Source of the DNA: Malacoraja senta
Taxonomy: Eukaryota
Direction: 5' to 3'
Assembly: GCA_038087875.1 (NCBI GenBank)
Contig: CM075996.1
Coordinates: 8,744,001 to 8,808,000 of the forward strand
DNA: 64,000 nt
Of the stretch, positions 36,450-49,669 are shown piece by piece. Positions within the stretch are counted from its first letter, which is position 1; each line of letters begins with the position of its first letter. The notes under the pieces are model-generated. The model was given only the letters and a program-made list of their open reading frames with translations, was not told the origin of the DNA and ran no database searches. The position numbers and the translations under genes were made by a program.

Positions 36450-37697
36450 ATGTTGATGTGGATAGAGAACTGGCTGGCAGACAGAAAGCAAAGAGTAGGA
36501 GTAAACGGGTCCTTTTCAGAATGGCAGGCAGTGACTAGTGGGGTACTGCAAGGCTCAGTGCTGGGACCCAGCTATTTACAATATATATTAATGATCTGGA
36601 TGAGGGAATTGAATGCAACATCTCCAAGTTTGCGGATGACACGAAGCTGGGGGGCAGTGTTAGCTGTGAGGAGGATGCTAGGAGGCTGCAAGGTGACTTG
36701 GATAGGTTGGGTGAGTGGGCAAAGGCATGGCAGATGCAGTATAATGTGGATAAATGTGAGGTAATCCACTTTGGTGGCAAAAACAGGAAAGTAGACTATT
36801 ATCTGAATGGTGGCCGATTAGGAAAAGGGGAGATGCAACGAGACCTGGGTGTCATGGTACACCAGTCATTGAAAGTAGGAATGCAGGTGCAGCAGGCAGT
36901 GAAGAAAGCAAATAATAATAATAATAATAATAAATTTTATTTGTGGGCGCCTATACAAAAGTCTCAAGGACACCTTACAGAGTTTAACAAAGAAACAAAT
37001 AATCGGGGTAAAATAAGTTATAAAGACATCACCAATACACAAATGGTATGTTAGCATTCATAGCAAAAGGATTTGAGTATAAGAGCAGGGAGGTTCTACT
37101 GCAGTTGTACAGGGTCTTGGTGAGACCACACCTGGAGTATTGCGTACAGTTTTGGTCTCCAAATCTGAGGAAGGACATTATTGCCATAGAGGGAGTGCAG
37201 AGAAGGTTCACCAGACTGATTCCTGGGATGTCAGGACTGTCTTATGAAGAAAGACTGGATAGACTTGGTTTATACTCTCTAGAATTTAGGAGATTGAGAG
37301 GGGATCTTATAGAAACTTACAAAATTCTTAAGGGGTTGGACAGGCTAGATGCAGGAAGATTGCTCCCGATGTTGGGGAAGTCCAGGACAAGGGGTCACAG
37401 CTTAAGGATAAGGGGGAAATCCTTTAAAACCGAGATGAGAAGAACTTTTTTCACACAGAGAGTGGTGAATCTCTGGAACTCTCTGCCACAGAGGGTAGTC
37501 GAGGCCAGTTCATTGGCTATATTTAAGAGGAAGCTAGATGTGGCCCTTGTGGCTAAAGGGATCAGAGGGTATGGAGAGAAGGCAGGTACGGGATACTGAG
37601 TTGGATGATCAGCCATGATCATATTGAATGGCGGTGCAGGCTCGAAGGGCCGAATGGCCTACTCCTGCACCTAATTTCTATGTTTCTATGTTTCTAT
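36450..37697 (+). mobile_element. CR1 (HER1-like) LINE, RT to 3' end, young
   Basis: SGVLQGSVLGP, SKFADDTKL, ORF 37048-37599; (tttctatg)n tail. Confidence 0.92.
36914..37039 (-). mobile_element. L2-type 3' tail fragment inserted in CR1
   Basis: Minus strand gtaaggtgtccttgag...aggcgccc...aaataaaatt(tat)n; CAAAT duplicated at the junctions. Confidence 0.65.
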
Positions 37698-38285
37698 GGA
37701 GTATTGCGTAGTTTTGGTCTCCTAATCTGAGGAAAGACATTCTTGCCATAGAGGGAGTACAGAGAAGGTTCACCAGACTGATTCCTGGGATGGCAGGACT
37801 TTCATATGAGGAAAGACTGGATAGACTCGGCTTGTACACGTTGGAATTCAGAAGACTGAGGGGGGATCTTATAGAAACTTACAAAATTCTTAAGGGGTTG
37901 GACAGGCTAGATGCAGGAAGATTATTCCCGATGTTGGGGAAGTCCAGAACTAGGGGTCACAGTTTAAGGATAAGAGGGAAGACTTTTAGGACCGAGATGA
38001 GGAAATCATTTTTTACACAGAGAGTATTTAGTATAGTATTTTTAGTATAGTAGTGGTGAATCTGTGGAATTCTCTGCCACAGAAGGTAGTTGAGGCCAGT
38101 TCATTGGCTATATTTAAGAGGGAGTTAGATGTGGCCCTTGTGGCTAAAGGGATCAGGGGGTATGGAGAGAAGGCAGGGATGGGATACTGAGTTGGATGAT
38201 CAGCCATGATCATATCAAATGGCGGTGCAGGCTCAAAGGGCCGAATGGCCTACTCCTGCACCTATGTTTCTATGTTTCTATGTTT
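37698..38285 (+). mobile_element. Second tandem CR1 3' fragment
   Basis: Closely related to 37135-37697. Confidence 0.9.
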
Positions 38286-38564
38286 CACACGTATAGAATG
38301 TGATAAAATTTGCAGGGCCCCTCGTGTCTAAACAGGCAGCATCTCCAGCAAGTTGTGTGGGGAACCCAGCCACACATCTTTTTTATTCTTTGGATTATGC
38401 GATGGAGTTTTCACTCTGGAAATTAACAGTACATTCTTAGTTTTTCAGTTATTTGCGAAGGTTGCGAAGGGAGAGAAGCACAAGCATGGCATTTTGTTTT
38501 GCCTCCACATGTTTTAAGTTTATTTTTTTCCCATTTACTTCCTTCAGAATTGAGAGGACTGGAA

Positions 38565-39115
38565 ACAATCTCTCCACATCCACTCTATCCAGGTCTTTCA
38601 TTACCCGGTGGGTTTCAATGAGGTCTGCTTCTAAGGTTCAGCGAGTACAGACAGGCCCAGCCCCTTCAAACTCTCCTCATATGTTAACCCAATCATCTCC
38701 GGGATCATTCTCATAAACGTCCTCTGGACCTTCCCAACATCAGCACATCCACCCTCGGATATGGGGAGCAAAACTGCTCACAATATTCTGAATGTGGCCG
38801 GACCAGCTCCTTATAAAGCCTCCGTATTACATCCTTGCTTTTATATTCTAGTCCCCTCAAAATGAATGTTGACAGTGCATTTGCCTTCCTTACTACTGAC
38901 TCAACCTGCAACTTCACCATTTTGGGAATCCTATACCAACACTCCAAAACCCCATTGCACATCCAATTATGAATAGTCTCCCCCTTGAGAAAGTAGTCTT
39001 AAGCCTTTATTCCTTCTATAAAGTGCTTAACTGTATACTTTGCTACACCGCATTTCACCTGCCACTTCTTTGCCCACTCTCCCAACCTTTCTGCAGACTC
39101 CCCGCTTCCTCAATA
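38565..39115 (-). mobile_element. Old CR1 fragment
   Basis: LQVESVVRKAN...LVRPHSEYCEQF. Confidence 0.8.
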
Positions 39116-39294
39116 AGCAAGTTTGGTATTCCGACAGCGTCAGTCTGAAGAAGGTTCCAACCCAAAATGCCATCCATCTTTATTCTCCAGAGAGCCTGCC
39201 CCATTGAGTTACTCCAGCATGTTGTGTCTATCTTCGGTAGAAACCAGCATCTGCAGTTCCAAATAATCGTCAAAATCTATGAACAGAGTTCCAC

Positions 39295-39610
39295 TCTCGA
39301 CTTCCTCACAAACAGACCTCAATCAGTGCGGACTGGCAGCAACACCTCCTCCTCGCTGGCCATCAGCACAGGGCCACCTCATGGCTGTGTGCTCCGTCCC
39401 CTGCTCTACTCTCTCTATATCCTTGACTGTGCAGCCAGACATAATGCCAACGCCATCTTTAATTCTTCAGCGATACAATCATTGTTATAAATAGTGGATA
39501 GCAATGAGTCAGAGTGCAAAAGGGAGATCGATAATCTGATTCAGTTGTGGCACAAAGAGCCGATTATTGACTTCAGAAATGGAAAGCCAAGGGGCTTCAT
39601 CGGCTGGACT
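39295..39610 (+). mobile_element. Degenerate Rex1 RT fragment
   Basis: LDFLTNRPQSVR...STGPPHGCVLRPLLYSLY. Confidence 0.75.
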
Positions 39611-39979
39611 GCAGGGGCAATTTACCGAGGTCAATTAACCTAAGAAGCTGCACGTCTTTGGGATATGGCAGGTAACCAGAATACCTGGAGGAAACCCACG
39701 CAGTCACAAGGAGAATGTGCAAACTCCACTCATGCAGCACCTGAGGTTACGATCAATCTACCAGCTGCGTCACGTTTGACCAATGTATAGTATGATTGGA
39801 TTTGTTGGGTGGTGGCCGGACAAACTCCCAACACGGCTTAGAGAAACAAATAAACATGCATTGTGCATTGGTGGAATGTGAGGTGCTATGAAGCGTATGA
39901 AACTTGGGCTCATGGGGGAGATCAAAAGATGAGAGAAAGAGAGAGTGCAAGCTTGTGCCTGCTTGTTAGCACCAGCCTG

Positions 39980-40275
39980 GTTTAGTTTAGTTCAGAGATA
40001 CAGCACGGAAACACCGGGTCCACGGCGACCAGCGATTAACACTCCCCGCACATCAACACTATCCTACACCCACGAGGAACAATTTTTACATTTACCAAGC
40101 CAATTAACTGACAAACCTGTACATCTTTGGAATGTGGGAGGAAACCGAAGATCTCGGAGAAAACCCACGCAGGTCACGGGGAGAACGTACAAAGTCCATA
40201 CAGACAGCACCCATAATCGGGATTGAACCCGAGTCTCCAGCGCTGCATTCACTGTAGGGCAGCAACTCTACCGCT
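39980..40275 (-). mobile_element. HE1-like V-SINE
   Basis: Reverse orientation. Confidence 0.8.
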
Positions 40276-40276
40276 G

Positions 40277-40800
40277 AGGGATCTAGGAGTGCAGGTACAT
40301 GGTTCCTTGAAGGTGGAGTCGCAGGGAGATCGGGTGGTCAAAAAGGGTTTTGGCACATTTTTGAGCCAGAGTATTGAGTATAGAAGTTCGGAGGTCATGT
40401 TGCAGTTATATAAGACGTTGGAGGGGCCACATTTAGAGTATTGTGTTCCGTTCTGGGCACCGTGTTGTAGGAAAAATGTTGTGAAGCTGGAAAGGGTACA
40501 TAGAAGTTTTACGAGCATGTTGCCAGGACGAGAGGGTCTGAGCTATAGGCCGACGCTGTTGAGGAGGCTGGGAATGGGTGACGTTTCGGGGCGAGGCCCC
40601 TTCGTTCAGAGATGCTGCCTGTCCCGCTGAGCTGCTCCGGCATTTTGTGTCTGTCTTCGGTTTGAACCAGCATCTGCAGATCCTTCCTACACAGGGTTCA
40701 CCGGGATGTTGCCGAGACTGGAGGGCTTGAGTTATAGGGAGAGATTGGATAGGCTGGGACATTTTTCCATGAAGTGTACGAGTTTGAGGGGCATAGATAA
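40277..40800 (+). mobile_element. CR1 fragments with a nested PLE palindrome
   Basis: RDLGVQVH...PHLEYCVPFWAP. Confidence 0.75.
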
Positions 40801-41230
40801 GATGCTTGCACAGTGAGTCTGTGCGCTCTGCCTTCCTCTCACCAACACCCAAGTTTTAGCTGAGATGTTGCCCACCAACTAGAGAGCGGTCCTGACCACC
40901 CATCGACCTCACCAGGACCGCTCACTGGTTCCCACACGGACTATCGTTAATCAGAATTTACTGGACTTTATCTTTTTGAGTTTTAGTTTTAGAGATACAG
41001 CGCGGAAACAGGCCCTTTCGGCCCACTGGGTCTGCGCCGACTAGCGATCCCCGCACACTAACACTATCCCATACCCACTAGGGACAATTTTTTTACATTT
41101 ACTAAACCAATTAGCTTACAAACCTGAATCAACTATTACATTAATTCCAAAAAAAGATAAAAATCTCGAGGACCCTGGATCCTATAGGGCAATAGCCCTT
41201 TTAAATACGGATCAGAAGATACTAGCTAAG

Positions 41231-44200
41231 ATTTTACTTCAGAGTCACGTTTGTGACTACGTGAAGAAGACCCGTCAGGGCGCATGCGCGTCATTACGTC
41301 GGTCGCATTGGCGCACAGACAGCGGGAGGACAGAGCTCCTCTCGATGTAAGTACTTTTAGGGTATTTTTAAAGAGTTTTAAAGCTCCAGCTAAGTCTGAA
41401 ACTTGTCAGAAATTTAGCTGGAGTAAAATAAGTTCCTTGACTGTGGTGCTGTGCTCTGTGTTTTGTCACAGGCAGCACCATGGTGAAGACGAGCAGGGGA
41501 GGACAGAGCACCTCCTGTAGCAGGTACTTTTAAAGTACTTTTATAGTTTTAAAGCTCCAGCTAAGTGGGAAGCTTAGCTGGAGTGAAAGTTTATTTTGTG
41601 GTGCTCTGTGTTTTTTATTACAGGCAGCTCCATGATGAAGATGACCAGCGGGAGGGCAGCCGCAGGTAAAGCATAGGAGAGCCGCGGGAATGCGGTCTGT
41701 GAGTGGCTGCCTCGTACCCCTGCACAGTCGCCGACCGGGAGCAGGGCGACTTCAGACTCAGTGCTAAAAAGCACCAAAGCCAACGCCTGTCGGGCATAAG
41801 GCACGGGGAAGTCTGGGAGGCCCTTGGACTCAACTGAGTCGGGCCACAACGAGCCTGTACGGGGCTGGAGACGTTTTTTAAACGGTTCTCCCAAATGGAG
41901 CACCTCATCCAGTGGTTGCTCCAGAAACGCACACTCCGGGGAGGAGTCGTGTGGGCGGTAGGCTGCAGAAAGGCCACGCCGGCAGCACCTGGTAGAGGGC
42001 TGCTTAAAGCACCCTCATGCATGAGGTGAGTGCAGAGGGTCAGCTAAGGTCTGACCCCGACTCTGACTGAGACTTGGAAATAGCGAAGAACGGCCGTTGT
42101 CAGAGGTCCATTCTCTGGCAGCACGATTCGCTGTCCAGTCAGAGTATGGAGTGCCACTGGGAGAAGAGCTGGCCTCCACGATAGGGTCAGCTCAGTTCTG
42201 ACCCGATTCTGACGGAGACTTTGTTGAATAGCGAAGAACGGCCATTGTCAGAGGTCCATTCTCTGGCAGCACGATTCGCTGTCCCGTCAGAGTATGGAAT
42301 GCCACTGGGAAAGCGAAGACGGACGTTGTCAGAGTTCCCATCTCTTGCAGTACGATTCGCTGTCCAGTCAGAGTCTGGAATCACCAAGAGATGGTAAACT
42401 GCGAGTTGCTGAAGGTGCCAGCAGTGAACCGGGTGATATGGAGCCAGACGGGCGTGGGCATGCAGTGCCCAGGAGATGAAGCTGCAGAGAATCCTGAAAT
42501 TACTTGGCTCAGGAATCACGGCATTCGCAAGAACGGTGGATGGAGGGCATGTGTCGGAGACACAGCAAGAGGTACTAGGGTTGCTTTGTAGCACCCATTT
42601 TTGAGATAAATTGTCTCAGGGAAAGTGCCATTCGGCCCACCATTAATTCCAAGATTGCCGTATTTTTCCCAGCCTAGCAACATACAGCCGGCAAACCTAC
42701 TCTTCGGAGAGGACCTCGCCAAGAGTGTCAAGGACATGGATGACGAGGCAAAGACGGTGGGCTTGATCAAGCCACCGGCAGTCGGCAAGTTTCCAAAAGA
42801 AAGTACCCCTACAAACGAAGTGGGAACATGGTCAAACATCCACCAGGTACCAAGGAGGTAGGTGGGCCTGGTTCTCAGGTGCACATATCAAATGTGACAC
42901 AACTTAAACTGGGGTACATTACATCTGTTTCTGGGATGAATGGAAGCAAATTACCTTAGCTCTATTTATACAGAGTGTTATTCAAAGATTTCGAATGGAT
43001 TTCAATCCAAATTGTGATTTGCACATTCAGCATGTTCTTGGTAGAACTATTCCGTTTTCATTAACAGAACAGATGGATGTTCAGACTGCACTTGCAAGCT
43101 TATGTGATAACGGTGTAATTATAAGATTGTTCACCAACCCATCAATTTGTGTCTAATATTTTCCCAGGCCAAAAAAGGATGGGGGATGTAGTATAGACAT
43201 TGTAAGATGGAATTGTCACTGCCAAGCAACTGGGCAAGAGGATGCTATATGGCGACTCTAGAGCTTAAAGATGCAAATTACTCAATGTCTGTTTATTTGC
43301 AGGATATTTGAAATTCACCTGGATGGATCAACTATGGCAACAAAATTGTTAAAACCTATAATAGGCATGCTGAAAGGCCAGGGTACATGTGTTCATGGCT
43401 TATCTCGATGATATCTTGATTACAGGGGTATCCAAGAGAACAGCTGAAGTAACAGGTGATAGTTGTTAAATCCAGTTTTCAAAGATTGGGCATTATGCAT
43501 CCAGAGGAATCCAAATTAACACCTGACTATTTGGGTCACAATTGATTCAATTAAGTGACTCTGCCCAGGGAAAAAAGGGTAGAGCTAATTGACAGGTGTA
43601 TCAAGCTAATTGAGGCATTAAGGATACATTCGGGTCATTATAATAGACCTATGCAGTTATCAGTAAAGGCTATTTCTGATTTGCAATGGTGGATTCACCA
43701 TGTGTCCAGAAGTTATAGCAAGGTAATGCTTGACCAGCCTTCCATGATTTTGCAGATGAATGTCAGTGCACTCGGGTGAGGTGTCACGAATACGAGTTCA
43801 GCTGTGGAGGCAGATGGACTGAGCAAGAGGCATCGTTTGTGCAGACATGGGCCATTAACTATAAAGAGGCTTATAGCTCTAACAAATGTAATCTGCATGT
43901 TCAGTATCAGATTGACAATAATACGCAAGTGGCATATACATTAATGTGACAGATTGGCTAATCACATTTGGGCTGGTGCATGGAAAAATATATTTCAGCT
44001 ATTTATCTACCAGGTAGATTCTCCATAGTAGCAGACGCCGAGTCACGAAAGTTCCATGACAACATAGATTGGATGTTGAACCAGGTATTCAATAATATAG
44101 TACTTGTATATGAATGCCAGATATCGATTTGTTTTGCATCAAGGTTCAACCATCAGCAGCCTAAATAGGTTTCATGGGAACCAGACCAGGTGGCAGTTGC

Positions 44201-45961
44201 AATTGATACTTTGACGTTACATTGGGGTGGTATGTTTTATATATTTTCCTACCATTTTGCCTAATAGGTCGGAGTCTGCAAGAAATCAAGCAGGATGCTG
44301 CTTTGGGGGTGCTTGTAATACCTAATTGGCCGAATCAAGCATGGTTCCCTTTGATGTTACAGTTAGGGATCCAACCTCTTTTTGGTGGTTCCCAAGCGTA
44401 GGAATTGACTGGAGCATCCGCTAACACGGGAAAGTCATCTGTTATGTGATTGTATTGACTTGTTAGTTTGCAGGTTTTAAGAAGGCCATACCTGAAGCAA
44501 GGACTATCTGGGTGAACGGTGGACATGCTCACTGTAGCGTGGAGAAAGAGTACTCAAAAGGGGTATATTACTTATGTAAAAAAATGGGAGCAATATTGTG
44601 TACAAAATAATATTGACTAGTCTGCAGGTATTGTGGATATTTTAGAGTTCCTGTTGACACTACGATGATGAGGGGCTCAGTTATAGCACCATGAATACAG
44701 CTTTAAGTGCTTTGTCCTCGTATGGTTTTGATGGGGTCAGGAAAGATCCTATTGAGTTTCATCATATCATAGCTGGATTGATGAAAGGAATTTTAACTCT
44801 AAACTTCCTAAACCCAGGTATATGGCGATCTGGGATGTAAGTGTGTTCCTCAAGATTCTTCGACAGTAGGTTCCTGTCATGTCTCTGAATTTGCCAGACT
44901 AATCATGAAAGTGTTTATGCTCTTGGCATTGGTTCAGCATAGCAAGTGCAGATTTTGCAAAAACTTCTGCTAGACAGGATGGAAGTTCCTGAAGAGAATG
45001 TTATGTTATATAATTGCGTACTGCTTAAGCAGAGCAGGCCAGGTGTCACAGGTTTGTGAAAATTGTGTTTCAGCATAACCTACTGATCCATGTTTATGTG
45101 TAATGGCACATTTATTTTCATTATATTGAAGCTATAAAGACCTTAAGAAATGTGGAAACAGCATTATTTATCAGTTACATGAAGCCACACAGGAGAGTGT
45201 TAGTGCAGACTATCTCAAGGTGGTTTAAAGCAAATGTTGATTAAGGCAGGTATTAACACTGAAGTGTATATATCCTTTTTTCCACTAGTGCAGCAGCAAC
45301 GTCGTCGGCTAGGGCGATGGATGTTCACAGCGGCCATATTTTTATAGGTGCCGGGTTGTCAAATGAATTTTTTTTTTTTTTAATTTGACCATCGGCCGAT
45401 CGCCGATCAGAGAAAGGCTGTTTGCAAATTCAGGATTAAGTCCTGTTTAGTTTCCCCTGGGATAGAGGAGTTACTGGTTGTTTTGATTATTCAAATCAAT
45501 TGTTACTGCATGATATTCACATTTCATGTTTAATGCATTATTGATTGTTTCTCATCGAAAGTCAATCAATGCAGTGAGAAGCCGGGATTTCGATCTGCGG
45601 CATAAAATCACAGAGCTTTGAACCCTTCATGTAGTCACAAACGTGACTCCGAAGTAAAATAGTAAGATTAAACGAGAACTTACCACGTTTGAAGTTTGAT
45701 CTTTATTTTATGAGGAGTTACGTTGGTGATTACGTGCCCGCCACGCCCAACCCTCTCTCATAAAAAAGGTCATATGGTAGTTCTCATGTTGCTCATCTTA
45801 ATATGTTACTTCAAATATTGTGTTATCTGTGATTTCATACCGCTGCTTTGAAGATTGACGCGCATGCGCCCTGACGGGTCTTCTTCACGTAATCACCAAC
45901 GTAACTCCTCATAAAATAAAGATCAAACTTCAAACTTGGTAAGTTCTCGTTTAATCTTACT
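41231..45961 (+). mobile_element. DIRS1-like tyrosine-recombinase retrotransposon, copy 1; termini complete, ORFs decayed
   Basis: Left ITR inverted at ~45856-45891; ICR 45625-45736 complementary to both ends; RT/RNase H, methyltransferase-like (FASRFN, YIFLPF, PNWPNQAWFP) and YR remnants; ATTTT at both junctions. Confidence 0.92.
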
Positions 45962-47663
45962 ATTTTGGCTCGTAGATTAAGCTTAGTTATCAGTAAACTA
46001 ATACATCCAGATCAAACTGGGTTTATACCTAAACGACACACGTTTTATAACTTGAGCCATTTGTTTAACATAATATATTCGCAGAGAATGCCAAATGAAG
46101 ATCTAACAAATATTTCTCTAGATGCAGAAAAAGCTTTCGACCAAGTAGAATGGTCTTATCTTTTCACAGTGTTGGAAAAATTTCAATTGGGAGAAAACTT
46201 TACTTTATGGGTGAAGCTTTTATACACTAACCCGACAGCTAGAATACCGACAGATCAAATGCTTTCACCTAAATGTTATCTAGGGGTAACAGACAAGGAT
46301 GTGCTCTTTCTTCAATGTTATTTGCTTCAGCCATAGAACCTCTTGCCGAGAGTATCAGGTCCCATTCAGGCATTTATGGATATAATACCAAATATACCAC
46401 CAATAAAATCTTGTTATATGCAGATGATGTACTTTTATACATTACTAATCCCCAAGTTAGTATTCCAAATGTTCTAAACATTATAGAACAATTTGGTTCT
46501 TTCTCTGGATACAGAATAAATTGGAATAAAAGTGAAATCATGCCAATAAAAGAACTAGACCCTTCTCAACTCCAACAGTTTCCTTTCAGAATTGTTACTG
46601 AAAAGTTCAGATATCTTGGAATTTACGTGACTAGAAAGTATTCCTCTCTGTTTAAAATAAACTTCCCACCATTAATCACTAAACTATATGTCTACATTCA
46701 ATTTTGTAAAACACTTCCTAACTCCCTTATTGGTAGATTAAATGCCATAAAGATGATCTTCCTTCTGCAACTTTTATATTTATTTCAATCAATACCGATA
46801 TAAAAGCTTTAAAAAAAAAAAAAAGTTGATTCTATTGTCACTAACTTTATTTGGGACTACAAAACCCATAGAATACACAAAAGACATTTGTGCAAATCCA
46901 AAGAAAATGGAGGATTAGCTCTACATAATTTTCTTTTTTACAACTGGGCAACTAATATAAAAAATATAACTTTCTGGTTGGACGATACATGTCAACATGT
47001 AAATTGGTTAAACATGGAGAGGGAAGATTGGTTGCCTTTTAGTATAGGCTCGATCCTCCTATCTCCAATACATTTGAATAAGTCAACATATGAGCAAAAT
47101 CCGATAATACATAGTACTATCCCTATCTGGAAACAGCTGAAATTCAGTCTTAAATTGAGAAATATGTTTCTCCTTCTTCCTATTGCAAATAATCCCTCGT
47201 TTAAACCGTCCACTCTAGATATCGTGTTTGCTCAATGGAAGAACCTGGGAATCAATACGGTGGGAGACCTCTATAAGAAGGGGACTCTCCCTTCTTTTTC
47301 AAGAACTACAGGAGAAATATCACTTGAACGCCAACAATTTTTTTAGATACTTGTGAAAACATATACACAAGACTGTCCTCTTATGGGTCCAGATATATTA
47401 GACGATTGTTTGAATAGACATGCCGATACAAGTAAGTTGATATCTTACATTTATAACACTCTTACATTTATAACACTCTTCTAAATATTGACACCCCACC
47501 CTCTGAGATTGACACCCCACCCCACCCTCTGCGAGCATGGGAGGACGAGTTGGGTTTACCCATTTCAAAAGATATATGGGAGGAAAGCCTACTAAACATA
47601 CATTACTGTTCTTTAAATGCCAGGCATTGCCTGATACAATTCAAAGTATTGCATAGGTTATAT

Positions 47664-48463
47664 GGGGTAATAACTATAAAAGTTTGCTACATTCATTAAT
47701 TATTCTACAAAAAAGAGCAATACGTATTATTCACAAGGTCAGGTATCTGGGTCACACTAATCCATTATTCTTAGTCAAAATTATTAAAATTAGAAGATTT
47801 GGTTGCATTTAAAACAGCACAGATAATGTTTAGGGCCAAAAATAAAAACTTACCTGGAAATATACAAAAATTATTTAATGTGCGAGTGGGGGGTTATAAT
47901 TGAAGAAGAATATTTAATTTTAAGGTACAAAGAGTCCGCACGACCAGAAAAACTTTTTGTATTTCGGTCTGTGGAGTAGGATTGTGGAACAGTTTGAATG
48001 TGGAATTAAAGCAATGTCCAAACATGAACCAGTTCAAAATGACATACAAAAAACTTGTTTTCACAAGGTACAGGGATGAAGGGGATGGTTGACAAACAGG
48101 GGTTAATGTTTATTTATTATTTATTTATGTCTTTTGGTTACTTCATACATATTACTTGTATGTGTATATCAGTTGTATGTATATATATGGCTGTATGTAT
48201 CTCTAAAAATTGTCTGGGGTATTATTATTATTAATTAATTAATTATTAAATATGGAAGAAGGGTTTAGGGAGAAGGGGTGAGATTAAATAAGTTATTCTT
48301 CTTCTCACTCCTTTTCGAGCTTGTAAAGAAAAAGTGTTGGACATTTAAATTTTGCAGTATGCTTTTCATTGCTTTGCAAATATTGCCTGGAATGTCCAAT
48401 GTTTGACTATTTCGATTTTGTTGTTATTTATTCCTATTTATGTCTTTACTTGTTCGGAACAAA

Positions 48464-48494
<31 letters not shown>

Positions 48495-48495
48495 A
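47664..48495 (+). mobile_element. Crack/Daphne-like (CR1/L2 group) LINE 3' fragment inside L1
   Basis: LQKRAIRIIHKVRYLGHTNPLF; (AAAT)n tail; 3'UTR motif shared with 49670-53105. Confidence 0.8.
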
Positions 48496-49245
48496 ACTCA
48501 AAGACCAAATTGAACAAGATCTTCCCAACTGTCTCCCCTCTCTGTGATAAATGTTACTTCCAAGAAGCCACCCTAACCCATTCTTTTGTATCCTGTATAA
48601 AAATACAAAACTTCTGGACAGGAATATTCAATATCATTTCTAAAACACTCAAAATTCAATTGGAGTCAGATTCAAAATTAATAATATTAGGAATGTCAGA
48701 GGGCTGCCCTAAGTTAACAATATTCCAAATACGCTTCCTTGACTATGGTTTAATAACTGCGAAAAAACGTATACTTAAATTCTAGAAAAAGATAACAGTC
48801 CCCACAGTGAAGATGTGGATCACATAAATGACCGATACACTACATTTCGAAAAAATAAGGCTTGTTTTGTCTGACAAACCAGATCAATTTTCCAAAATAT
48901 GTTCTCCTTTCATTGAATTTCTTCAACAACATAAAGGTTGAACACAAATTCACAACCGACGCTAGGGTCGGGTGAGCGGGCGTAGGGAAGGGTAGTGGGA
49001 TATATCTCCGCTATTTTCACTTTGTTAGTTCAGGGTTTTTTCTTTTTTCTCTTTTGTGTCTTTTTCAAAATTCTTTCTTTTCTTTTTCTTTTCTTCTTTC
49101 TTTCCCTTCTTTCCTTTTTTCCGATTTAGTTATTAGTTTATAAAATGTTAAAATTAAAGCTGTACGATAATTGTTATGTCGATTACTTTCTCCTTGTACA
49201 ATTGCTTCTAATAAAATAAATATTTTAAAAAAACTTACAAACCTG

Positions 49246-49440
49246 CCTCAGAGGGCGGTGGAGGCAGGTTCTCTGGATGCTTTCAAGAGAGAGCTAGATC
49301 GGGCTCTTAAAAATAGCGGAGTCATGGGATATGGGGAGAAGGCAGGAACGGGGTACTGATTGGGGATGATCAGCCATGATCACATTGAATGGCGGTGCTG
49401 GCTCGAAGGGCCGAATGGCTTACTCCTGCAACTATTGTCT
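49246..49440 (+). mobile_element. CR1 3' tail fragment
   Basis: LPQRAVEAGSLDAFKRELD; AAACCTG flanks both sides. Confidence 0.85.
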
Positions 49441-49669
49441 AAACCTGTACATCTTTGGAGTGTGGGAGGAAACCGAAGATCTCGGAGAAAACCCATGCGG
49501 GTCACAGGGAGAACGTGCAAACTCTGTGCAGACAGCACCCGTAGTCGGGATCAAACCCGGGTCTCCGGCGCTGCATTCGCTGTAAGGCAGCAACTCTACC
49601 GCTGCGCCACCATGACCGCCCTTAAACATGCACTAAACGTTATTCCCTTAACCAGCTGTGTACACTGTT

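Larger units (their letters stand above)
41127..49233 (+). mobile_element. 5'-truncated L1 LINE (ORF2 RT to poly-A), interrupted by DIRS and a Crack-like LINE
   Basis: TITLIPKKDK...SYRAIALLNTDQKILAK|ILARRL; LDAEKAFD, GNRQGC, LYADD, C-terminal CxxC...H...C; TSD CTTACAAACCTG at 41115-41126 and 49234-49245. Confidence 0.92.
40980..49620 (-). mobile_element. HE1-like V-SINE split into 40980-41126 and 49441-49620 by L1 and CR1 insertions
   Basis: SINE tail at left; V-domain and head resume at aaacctgtacatctttggag. Confidence 0.8.

Noticed and set aside
39765..39830. Promoter-like CCAAT/ATTGG and CRE-like motifs
   Set aside because: Short motifs between repeats with no linked exon or CpG island
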